From Atractiella rhizophila (lineage: Eukaryota): DNA of 57,046 nt. Below the pieces are notes generated by a model that ran no database searches, was not told the DNA's origin, and worked only from the letters and a program-made list of their open reading frames with translations. Made by a program: the position numbers and the translations under genes. Shown one piece after another: positions 35,489 through 46,835 of the stretch (position 1 is its first letter; each line of letters starts with the position of its first letter). Where the stretch lies: the NCBI GenBank assembly GCA_021432655.1, contig MU271243.1:68780-125825 (forward strand), in the 5' to 3' direction.

Positions 35489-38400
35489 ATGTCGGAGGTT
35501 TGGGGAGATATGGAAACGCGCGAATCACCGACGAGCGAAGAACGCATCTTGCACTAGAAAGAATGTTCTAAACTCTACACCTCACAACGGAAAAACAGTT
35601 CAAAAAACTCGAACGAACACCTTATAACAAGTTTCAACCAACAAAACGCGCAAAACTCCCAGAATGCGAACGAAATTGCGCAACTGAGGTCCGACGTCCA
35701 AACACAAACGACCGAATTTTGCAATTATTGGACTCCAGACTGCCCCCTCCTAGAGACAGTGGAACCACCTCTCCGTTTTATCACGAACAGACCCAATACC
35801 TCAAACTTACTCTCCTCCATCTATACCTCAGACCGCCCAAGTAGCACCATATGCAGGTATCAAGCTTGCTCCACCTTCAATCGTCAAAGGAGTGCCTAAC
35901 ACAGCTCCGGCATTTTTACGCGAAATTTAAGTCTACATCTTTACCGTTCCAGGCTAATTCCCGACCGAAAAATCGAAAATCCTATTTACCTTCTCTTACA
36001 TGAAAGAAGGCGACGCAGAAAAATTCGCTGCTGGGATTTTGCACCAACTTGTCGAAAATCAGGAAAAAGTTTCGTGGGAACAATTTTTGTCGGAGTTCAA
36101 ATCGCGCTTCTGCAAAACAGACTACAAGCTTATTGCGCAGACGAAATTGGCTTCACTCCAGCAAAAAGGGAACCTGGAATCCTACATCATCAAGTTTGAA
36201 GAATTGGCAAATCAGGCTGACTTTGACGATGAAGCCCTTATTTTTTTCTTCAAACAAGGACTCAATCCTGCCCTACATCTCAAAGTAACCCAAGGAGAGT
36301 TCCTAAAATCGCTAGAAGACTGGAAAGAAAAATCTCAGCGAATTGATGCAGAAGAATCTGCTCATTCAACCTTCTTTCGAAACATCCCATCGGCGAAAGA
36401 CGGACCCCAGAATACGTTTTCTGCCAAAAGAGACAGCTCAAGATCATCAAAGCACAGAGAGAGCAGAACACCCGTATCGTATCGACCGAGCGCCGCTTTG
36501 TCAACGGTCGCCGATCTGTCACCAAACACCGCTACACAAGCACATAGAGCCAAGGACCCCGATGACATGGAAGTCGATGCGACAAAATCTAGACCTCCCC
36601 GTTGCAGACGATGCCAAAAGATAGGACACCGGGAAAGAGAATGTAGAACGACCATGAACAAGGAACAATATCTCCGAGCCCAAAGAGAATATTTTGATTC
36701 AAAAATGATGCACCAAGAGCGACAATTTGGACAATTTGTCGACCAGTCGCAGTGTTACCCAGTTGAAAGATCTAGAGGAGGATTTTTAGGACGGCGGTGG
36801 GTGAAAGAAGTGTCCCCGTCGCCGACTTGCAATTCATTTACGTCACCTAAAATCACTTCCAACAAAACGCCGCGCAGCACAGTATTCCCCTCTTCTGAAC
36901 AAGACTCCCCATTCCCGAAATTGCGTTTTTCTTCTTGGAGACAAAGATACGCAGAAGTCGCAAAAATGTACGACAAAGTCCATTTACGTTCGACAACAGC
37001 ATCCCTTGTCAGTTCGAAGACGAAGCTCAGAACTACATTCCATCATCCACATTCCCATCGCCGACACGCCACATCGGCGCTCGTTGACAGCGGCGCAACC
37101 ACCTCTTTTATTTCTCCAAAAGTTGTTTCCACATACAACCTACCCGTCACTCAACTCCCTTCCCCAGTGCCCGTTTACAATATCAATGGATCCCTCAATC
37201 AAGGGGGTTCCATCCATTCTGTCGCTTATTTTACCCATTTCGATCGCCACCCATCACGAAGTTTGGCAATTCGCGGTGGCAGAGTTGGGGACTGTCGACA
37301 TGATTCTAGGCCATGACTGGCTAAGACACCACAACCCAGAGATCAACTAGGACTCAGGGAAAGTTGAATTCTCTCGTTGCCCTACCAGTTGCAATGCAGA
37401 TGACGTATCTATCACTCGCGAACACTTCCCGTCATCGTCTACCTCAATATGAGCCGCTATGACAAAATCACAGAAACTGGCAAAAGACACGGCGGCGATG
37501 AGACCAAAAAATGCCGTTGAAATACCAACGCAAATCGCCGATTTTGCGGACATTTTTGACGACGAAAAATTCAAAACTTCACTTCCTCCTCAACGACCTT
37601 GGGATCACGCGATCAACCTCATACCGGAAACCCGACCATATGCGGGTCCTGTCTACCCCTTGAAAAGAGACGAACAAGCGGCGCTCGACCAATTCATTGA
37701 CGCCCAACTAAGCGCCGGTCGTATACGTCCTAGCACAGGTGAACATGGAGCTTCTGTTTTTTTCACGCACAAAAAAGACTCCTCCGAACTTCGTCCCCTT
37801 TTCGATTATCAAAAGCTGAACGAAGCCACAGTCAAAGACAAGACCCCACTCCCCATTCAAGCTGACCTCTTTTCCATGGTTTCAGGTAAGAAGTTTTTCA
37901 GCAAGATTGATCTGAGGAAAGGATTCAACAACGTTCGTATCAAAGAAGGGGACGAACACAAAGCAGCGTTTCGCACAAATTGCGGACTTTTCGAACCATT
38001 GGTGATGTATTTCGGTCTCTGCAACTCACCAGCGACTTTTCAGGCTTTCCTGAACTCTATTTTCTTTGCGATGATCGCTGCTGCGTTCATCTTCATATAC
38101 ATCGACGATATCCTGATTGCGACAGAGACAGAAGAAGAACACTGGCAACGCGTTCGACAAGTTTGTCAAATTTTGCGCGAAAATGGGCTTTATGTTAACT
38201 TACAGAAACGTGTTTGGTGTCAAAGCGAAGTAGAGTATCTGGGATTGATCATAACCAGCAAAGGGATTGAACCGGATCCAGTAAAGGTTGCAGGAGTGAT
38301 GGATTGGCCAGAACCGAAAAACATGAAGGAGGTCCAAATGTTCCTCGGCTTCGCTAATTTCTATCGCTGCTTTTGCGATAGATTCAGTCACATCGCACGA

Positions 38401-40590
38401 CCTTTATATGAACTGACCAAAAAGAAAGTTTCCTGGATCTGGGGGGTAGATGAACAACGTTCGTTCGCCGCTTTGAAACAGCTCATGACTTCGGCACCCG
38501 TTTTGGCACATCCCGAACAAATAGGACTTTTTTGCTCGAAGTCGACGCGTCAAATTTTGCGACAGGCACCGTTTGTCACAAATGAAACAGGATGGAAAGT
38601 TTCACCCGATCGGTTTCGTGTCAAAATCGCTAGATGCTGCCCAGAGGAACTACGACACCTACAACAAAGAAATGCTCGTGATTATGCGCGGACTGCAAGA
38701 ATGGAGACACCTTCTCCAAGGTACTGATGAGCCATTTCTGATCTTGACCGATCACAAAAATCTTGAGTATTTCAGAATGCCACAAAAGTTGAATCGTCGA
38801 CAGGCGCGCTGGACCACAGAACTCGCATCCTTCAACTTCACTCTTTTACACCGTCCTGGACGAAACTCCGCAAAACCAGATGTGTTCAGTCGGCGACCGG
38901 ATCACAAACCGGCAACTTGCGACAATTTCGATGTAGTGTTACTCCCAGATCGTTTTTTCAACACGGATCGTATCACCATCAACGCGACTGGGAGCACGGT
39001 TGCGCTCACAAGACACATGTCGGAGTTGAGTATACTGGAACGTGTGAAAAGGGTGCCTGAACGGGAAGAACAAGTAGTCAAGGCCTTGAGAGAGATCCTA
39101 GACGAACCAGCCGATGCAATTCGCCGACGGGAGTGGCAAGAAGTTGATGGTGCTGTCTATTTTCACGGAAAACTCTACATTCCCCGCGATGATGAAATTC
39201 GCCGCTCAATTTTGCAAGACCTACATGATTCGCAAATCTCCGGTCATCCAGGCGTAAAATCGACGATGGCTCTCGTAAAAAGGTACTACTGGTGGCCAGG
39301 TTTGGCACATTACGTTTGCCGCTATGTCGGCGCCTGTCACACTTGCCACAGAACGAAAAACTTTCCTTCCCCACCTGTCGGGTTTTTGCAACCAATTGAC
39401 ATTCCCACACGTCGCTGGCAAATTGTCAGCATGGACTTAGTTGGACCACTCCCAGAATCTGGGGGGTTCGACACGATTTTCGTCATAGTTGACAGACTCT
39501 CAAAACGTACCCATCTCATCCCACCCATTCGACGATGGATGCAGAAGGCCTTGTAAGACTTTTTCGCGATCACGTATGGAAGATACATGGACTTTTCGAT
39601 GTCGCAATTTTCGATCGAGGTAAAGAGTTTGTGTCCAAATTCACATCCGTGCTTTTTCGCCTATTAGGTATCAAAGGCTCACCACTGACAGCCTATCATC
39701 CACAAAGTGATGGCCAGACTGAACATATGAACCAAGAAGTTGAACAATATTTGCACATTTTCTGCAATCACCTTCAAGATAATTGGGTAGAAGGACTTCC
39801 CAACGCAGAATTTGCGCTCAACAATCGCGTCAGTTCGGTGACGGGCGTAACTCCATTTTCGCCTGATTGCGGTCAACATCCCCGCATGGCTTTTGAACCC
39901 ATCTCCGACGAGGACGTTCCTGCGGCGGCACAATTCGTCGAAAAGATGCAAATCGCCGACCGGGAAGCACAAGCGGCACTCAGGCAAGCAGCAGGAGCAA
40001 GGAGCAGATCTCATGGCAAAACATTATGACAGAAAACGCGCACTGGCATCCGAATATCAAGTCGGCGATTTCGTCTGGTTGAGCGTGAAAACATCAAATT
40101 GACGAGACCTGTCAAAAAGTTGGACGACAAATGGCATGGTCCCTTTCGCGTTTTGCAAGTTTTGGGTCCCCTCAACCTTAAACTTGAGTTCCCATCCTCA
40201 TGGAAGATACGTCCAGTGTTCCATGAGGGCCTAATACGAAAAGTCAACAAAGACGACATCCCTGGCAGAGTCCAGTTGCCCAAACCACCTCCGGAATTGG
40301 TGAATGGAATTGAAGAATGGGAAGTGGAAGAAATTGTTGATGGAAAATGGTTCGGTACCCGAAATAGAGTTTTCAAATATGGTGTCCGGTATAAAGGGTA
40401 TTCACCATCTGAGGACGAGTGGATCAACATCACAGATCTAGAAAACTCACAGGATGCCATAAAAGACTATCACACTGCACACCCCCTTGCAGTTCGTCCT
40501 GATTTCACACCGAACTCCACAAAAAATCACCCAAATGCGCGTCCTCGTAACCTTCGACGAAAATGCGCTGGAGGGTCTTCCTCACTTTAA
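35489..40590 (+). pseudogene. gypsy gag-pol: capsid, CCHC, protease, RT, RNase H, integrase, chromodomain (frameshifted)
   Basis: CRRCQKIGHREREC, ALVDSGAT, FSKIDLRKGFNNVRI, YIDDILI, TDHKNLEYF, GHPG..CHTC, HPQSDGQTE, and EWEVEEIVD..YKGYSPSEDEWI (chromodomain). Confidence 0.95.
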
Positions 40591-41040
40591 GGGGCCAACA
40601 CCCCTATATGCCTTGCCAGTTGAAATCCTAGTCGTTGATACTTAGGTCAATGCAAGGCGCCGACGTGCTCCTCACCGGGCAGGTCGGCGACTTGGTCGTT
40701 GGTGAGTCCATTCGTCGCCTGCCAAAGACGAATACTCATTGCGTTCTCGCACCATCACCAATGTCGCACTTACAAAAATTGCCCTCAATTGAGAGGTCCC
40801 CTCCCCCTCACTTTAAGAGGTCCTACTCCTCTACACGCCTCGCTGGGTGAATCCCTAGTCGCATTGTTGAACATAGGTCTAGGCAAGGCGCCAGTCTGTT
40901 CCTCAACGGACAGATCGGCGACAGGGTTGTCGGTGAGTTACTCACCCCATTTTCCCAAACGGTTGCTTACTGCACCAAAACAACACCGGTCAAACTTCAA
41001 AATCCCTCAATTGCAAGGTATACAACGACTTCCCCTCATC
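40575..41040 (+). repeat. Two diverged ~227-bp tandem units downstream of pol
   Basis: ctcactttaag..cctagtcg..gcaaggcgcc..tcggcgac..ggtgagt occurs at ~40581 and ~40807. Confidence 0.75.
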
Positions 41041-41399
41041 CTACACTTTGTTTCGGTTTTGATGATTATTATTTGCTATTTTTGCTTTCACCTTTTGTTT
41101 CCCCATCCTTGTTCGCTCGACAACACATTCTCCCACAAAGAAGACGGACCGGCGACGAGCATACACATCGCCGACACGTTATACTGCGCGTTGTGTCCAC
41201 GAGCGCGTGGCCCAGGCCTGTTTGGTTGTGAGCTCCAAAATAAGCTTGGGTAGCTAGTGGGAGGAACGCCTGAGGGTCCTCCCCTAGACAGGGGAGTGTG
41301 AGTCCTGCATCACCCACTCTACCATTGTTCTCCCCACTCACTACGATCCCTTTTGCCACTACAACACATTTACATCTGTCGCCGCCTAGCAATTCACCG

Positions 41400-44300
41400 C
41401 TAATACGGAGACGCAAAACAGAGACCGAAATCACCACTCTGGACAGACTCCTCACTATCGCTACTGCTGGAAGAAGAAACGGAATATGCATCATAATTGG
41501 AATTATCATAGGCCTCTTGGGCCAACGAAGGGTTTAAGTCGCCCAATTGAAACTCAATTTCGCCGATACGACACATTTTCTGCAGCTGGCTACAGATCAG
41601 GTGCCCTATGATGCCTAAACAACATCTAGATGATAGTCAGATGGATCGCCGAAAAACGGATAAACTCACCCTACCGGTCATATCGGCGATCACACCTTCC
41701 ACCACAGAATCCTCGCTAGCCCCATCCTCCGCAGTACGATCGTCCTGCCTCCTCTTATACAACTCCATTTGCAACTCGGTGGCCTTAAGAGCGTCTGCCG
41801 CCGCGTGTGCATTCAACCTGGCGGCCGCGAGCATGGTTTGTGCGAAGTCCAGGCTGAACGCTTCAGAGTACAACTGAGTGGCGCTCAGCATTGATTGTGA
41901 GGGAGAATCCTCGTTGCCGTCCGATATGTTCTCGTAGTTGCTCTCGACCAAAGCCGAAGGACTTTTTTTCCCGTCGCCGACACGTTTAGGATGGAATGTA
42001 GTCGACATTACGACTAACATCGAGAGCTCTCGCAGATACCCCAAAGGCAAAACCTCGCGCCTTTTTCGCGAACTGTGACAGCGCGAGCAGACGCGACCGA
42101 ACGCAGTTGCGACATGCCCAGCAGATAAGTTGCACACCGAGAGTCGTTGTCGGCCTTGGCCTTCTTTTTTGCCGCTTTGACGGGCGCCGCACGAATCTTT
42201 CCAGTATAGTTGCTACATTGCTGTGTCCCGATGATGATGCGCCTTCATTGCAGGTGGGTTCTTTCGAGTAGTTTCGTTAGTATTGTACAACAGCTTCATG
42301 TCCGGATTGAGCCATCAGCAGTATACCCTATTACAGTGGACTGCCCCAGTCAGACAGTTTGCAATTGCAACCGATATAATCTTCACCGATTTGGGCAGTA
42401 TCTTGTCTAAATGAAATCAAGATGCCTTAGCTGCTTCAGTTCTTTTTTGTCTACTCAAGTAGCAATGTCACCACCTGTCCCTTGCAGCGTGAGAGTGAAA
42501 GCACGCACTGTTCCAGCTGCTTCTTTCTCTCTTCCATCTCCCTCCTTTCCTGCTCAGCCACTGCGTCACTTTTCAGTTTGCGCTGTTTCTTCCTTTGTGC
42601 AACCAAGTTTTGAACTTCTTCGACGTCTTTGAGTGTGAGCGGAAGAGAAGATGCTGGGCGGAGGATCATGGTCTTATTGGCAGAAGTTACGTGCGGTATC
42701 CAGCAGAGACCTTCACACTCTCTAATGGAGTGTCCAATTATTCTTGCTCAAGTAATTGTTCTGATAACGGAAACGCGGGAACTACTTTAGCCGCTTGCGC
42801 CAAAGTCGAAGTTGAGGCTCTCTGAAAACAGGGTTTGGTAAGAAATTCAGTCAGTTCCGTCAGTCTGCCACAAGTGACTGAATGTTCGACAGTCCGATGT
42901 CAGCAGTTTTGCAGTTCCGTTTCGGTGTCGGTGCCTGTATCAACGCCCAGCTTAGATTGTACTGCTTGTTCTAGCGCACAAGTACGAGCAGTGGGCATTT
43001 GGAAGTCAGAAGGTATGGTCCCACTGTCACATTTGTGTATTTGAGAGTTTGTGCAACAGAAATACACGGCTGACAACAAATGTGTGTTGCGCTGGAAACC
43101 GCTAGATTGGTGGGGCAATCTTATGTATATTATTGCCTCGGCATATCCTTCCCTCCCACCATATTCATGCTTTCCATAAATCAGTCAAGCTATGGGAGAC
43201 AATAGATCGCATGACTTACAACGAAACGATGTGCTCGCCTTATAGCATTACGTTGCCGACTTTCATTTTCCAATGAGCAAACCACTGTTCCGTCTGCAAG
43301 ATGCATTTTGGCCGACTTCTCTGATTGAGAATGTATCTTAGCAATGTCTTCACTTTCATATTCAGTTCCCATAACGGACATAAGGTAAGACTGAGGTGTG
43401 GTCAAGATGCTGCTTTCAAGAGCAGAATCAAACGTCCTAGACCGTGATTTGGAGGAAAAAGTGTTTGTTCTTTCCGTCGGTTTAGGAGAGGTGTCAATGT
43501 GAGGAATGTAGAGCTTGAGAATATTCAGTTGTTTGCGCCGGATCAGGTTATTTGCTATTTCGCCATATGGCAGTCTTCGTGAACCCAGCTTGTCTTTCTC
43601 AGTTCCTAGATTTCGCTCCAAAGGAAGCTGCGTGAAATTCATTGGGCTTCCTAGAATCCTGCTCGAGGGAACAATATGCAGGAGCTGATGCAGGCTCATT
43701 GGAACACAGCAAACCAGAGCAGGGATGTTCGGCATGTAGAGCTCCTCAAATCCAGTGCAAAAGCTCCTCATGAAGGAAGCTGCACTTTGAAGTTGTGGCA
43801 AAGAGGCGGCCTGGATGTTTGTGATGATTTTGACTGCAGGGACAAAGTTCGTCCAATGTTGTTTGAGCTCGATGTGGAAGCCAACGTCCAGCAATATGGG
43901 AATAAAATACCAATGCACCATCCAGGCCACTCGTATATTGAATATCACTTATTGCAGAACTTGTCTAGATTGTGAATGTGGTTTGAGAAGAGGCAGGACC
44001 TCACACCTCTTCCGAGAACTGTGACAACGCCAACAGACCCGACCGAACACAGTTGCGACATGCCCAGCAGATAAGTTGCACACCTGAGAGTCGTTGTCGG
44101 CCTTGGCCTTCTTTTTTGCCGCTTTGACGGGCGCCGCACGAATCTTTCCAGTATAGTTGCTACATTGCTGTGTCCCGATGCTTGCCAACGTGGGAAGCAG
44201 ATTTGCACGAGGAGTCGTGATGACCAATTCGAGTTCCAACTCGCCCAGATTGATGTTCGCCGCAGCGTGAGAATAGGCCTCTTGAGTACCAGGCCAGAAG

Positions 44301-45069
44301 TACCGATATTTCGCCGCATCTAATTCCTTGTCGCTGATTCGCACTGTCCCGTCACGCACTACAAATTCGGCGACTGGCACACCAGCGAATGGATTTCGGT
44401 CCCCCAACGCTGCAGGCAAAAGGAAAGTAGTCGCGGTCACTAGATGATCAGACAGCACCCTCACAACCCCAACCTCAGATCCTTTCACCGCTGCACTCGA
44501 TTTCTGAGCGCGCAAATTCTCCTCCCCCCTCGACGCTTACTTTCCAGCGCCGCCCGTTGTCGTTCCTCCTCCTCCTTTGCCAAACGCTTTTTTGTGTCAA
44601 ACAGGAAAAGCTCTCGTTCCTTTCTTCGCAAAACAATATCACCGTTGCTGATTCAGAAGGCTGAAACCAAATTTCGCAGCTTCTTCCTCGACAAGCACCG
44701 CTTGTTCGACCCAGACTCGAAGTTCATCCCACAATGCCTGCATGTCTTCCACAGACATCCGCAGCAGGAACGACAAAACTGCCCATCACCAAACCCTTTC
44801 GCAGGCTCATAAACCATTCGCACCTTCCCACCGGCGATGGGTTATCACACACACCCAACCACAATATACAAAACAGGAAATCTCACCTCTGCTTGTACCT
44901 CATCACAAAATTTGATATACAAAGGATAACACCTTCTCCTACATTCCAACACATCGGCGAATCACCCAAAGTTCACCTCTTTCGCCTTCTCCACGTCCCA
45001 GTAAACGGTGCTCTCCTTCCTATCTTTGTTCGCCAGAACGAAGTCGAAGAGTTGCGTGTCAGTCGACAT
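41400..45069 (-). pseudogene. Antisense spliced gene of unknown function with a Cys motif, inside the gypsy element and interrupted
   Basis: ORFs 43949-44515 and 41637-42137 are contiguous via a duplicated segment (CNL..GRVCSRCHSSRKR). A phase-0 GTGAGT..CAG intron at 41669-41580 joins a last exon ending TAG at 41400. The 5' part has stops and frameshifts. Confidence 0.55.
43190..43948 (-). pseudogene. CACTA/CMC-EnSpm-type transposase C-terminal fragment
   Basis: FEELY..SLHQLLHIV..ILGSPMNFTQLPLERNLG matches the H-x-L-x-H...G-P...ER-x-x-G signature of CACTA transposases. Confidence 0.7.
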
Positions 45070-45194
45070 TTTTGCAAGAAAAGAAGAGAAGGAGATGGTG
45101 GAAGACGTGGGAAAATTTTTCGTCCAAGCTAGCCGCAAACCTTAACCTTAAATTTCCGTGACTCACGCATACTAGTCAGAAATTTGGGGGGTGT

Positions 45195-45636
45195 TGTCAG
45201 GCTTGCCCCTACGCATTACCAAAATGCACCATCCAAGTCATGTGACTCACTTTGCCACGTCATGGGATCATGTGCCTACCCATCACCGCTTTGCTCATAC
45301 CCGTGCTGTCCGCCGCTTTACCTTTTCTCACATGAATCGCCGCTCTGCAAACCTTATACATTTCGCCGTTCTGCATCGTCCCCATTTTCGCCTTATCATC
45401 CCTTTTCACTAGTACTGCTCAGTGTATCTTATTTCCGAGTATTCCCTTTATTGCTTCCTTACATGTTTCAAGAAACATACATTACAGTTTATGGCACTGC
45501 CTTTACATATGTATATATACATCGAGATGTAGCCTCCACTACAGGTTAGTCTTCTCATGCCATACTATTCACTTAGGTTTACCTCCACTACGTACGCATC
45601 ACCTGTTGGCGACCGCACATAGTGTTTGCCGTAACA
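45195..45636 (+). repeat. gypsy LTR (3' LTR, with ~33-bp internal deletion)
   Basis: Homologous to 34958-35445 and preceded by a G-tract. Confidence 0.9.
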
Positions 45637-45676
45637 TGCCACCCTCATGGAAGATACATTCAGTCGTCCATCTGAG

Positions 45677-46036
45677 TGTTAGGGCTGACACTATGTGCGG
45701 TTGCCGACGGGCGATGCGTCTGTAGTGGAGATAAACCTAAGAGCATGATATGACATAAAGACTAACCTGTAGTGGAGATAAACCTAAGAGAATACTCTAA
45801 GGTCACCTCTACTACTCTCCGATCTATATACAAGCGGAATAACACTGCCACAGAGTGTAGAGGAGAGCAGATGAAACATGTAAGAGAACTAAAAGGGGAA
45901 GTGACAGTGGGATTATGCGGAGTTAACATGAGGAGAATAGACACAAATGGGCTAAGTGGTGATGTGGGCACAAATGGGCGACAGGAGACGCAATCCGGCG
46001 AACGAGCGCCGATTTGCGTAAGATGCAAACCTGACA
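45677..46036 (-). repeat. gypsy solo LTR (same subfamily as 9004-9440), internally deleted
   Basis: The reverse complement begins TGTCAGGTTTGCATCTTAC and ends CCCTAACA. No TSD seen. Confidence 0.88.
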
Positions 46037-46835
46037 CATTAATTATGATATGGCTGAATTAGGGCAAGATGATGTGATAAATTGCTGACCTTTAGTTAAA
46101 GGAAATACAAGACCTCAGCGTAGGGAATGGAAACAGCAGGGGGTCTGGCACTTTCAGAAGGAGGGAACATAAGGCATTTGTATCTGATCTGGCGGCTGAT
46201 GTGCACTTCGTCAGAGGGCCGCTGGAGCTCTTCCACCTGGTACAGACAATCTCATTCTACGGCAACTACAATCTTGCCCATTTGGTAAAGCGACCATTCC
46301 AAGTATCTGGTGGATGCCAGAAACCTGGTCCAATTCTACCACTAAACCCGAGTTCCCACTTCTACCTTTTTCCTTGCAACCTTGACAAATGTTTTCCTCG
46401 GTTCCTGGTGATTTATAGGTGATGGAGTTGCTGTGAAATCTATTCAGAGGGAAACTCTTCATTTTCAAGGGATAGAAATATGCATAAAGGAAAATTTGTT
46501 TTAAAATACCGAAAGTCCAAGTGAAACAAGTTCCTAATAACCAAAATATCAGATCACTGGGATTGTAGTTTACACAGCAAATCTAATGACCATGAACCTG
46601 TTGATACAGCACCCACTACCTATGTACACCATTTTTTCTTGTTTACGCTTCAGTCAATCACAAAAGTGGTAGTTAATATGTAAGAGGTCAGGTCGGTCAG
46701 GGTAGGTGTAAAAATCGCGAATAGAGGAGATGATAGCAGGTTCAAAAGTTCAAGGCCTTGGGGGCCAAGATTACAGTTGATGACGAGAAAAAACGACCAT
46801 CTCTTCCCTTCCACGACAAGTTTTGGAGCGGCGAT

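Larger units (their letters stand above)
34958..45636 (+). mobile_element. Chromodomain Ty3/gypsy retrotransposon (degenerate; possibly a recombinant of two copies)
   Basis: 5' LTR 34958-35445, gag-pol to 40590, a G-rich PPT (ggggggtgt) and a 3' LTR 45195-45636. The LTRs are clearly diverged and there is no TSD. Confidence 0.75.

Noticed and set aside
45137..45153. aaccttaaccttaa as a telomere-like repeat
   Set aside because: Only two imperfect units and not CCCTAA.
45181..45194. caccccccaaatt (minus strand) as a CACTA terminal inverted repeat
   Set aside because: No partner repeat was found. Its position immediately before an LTR fits a polypurine tract better.
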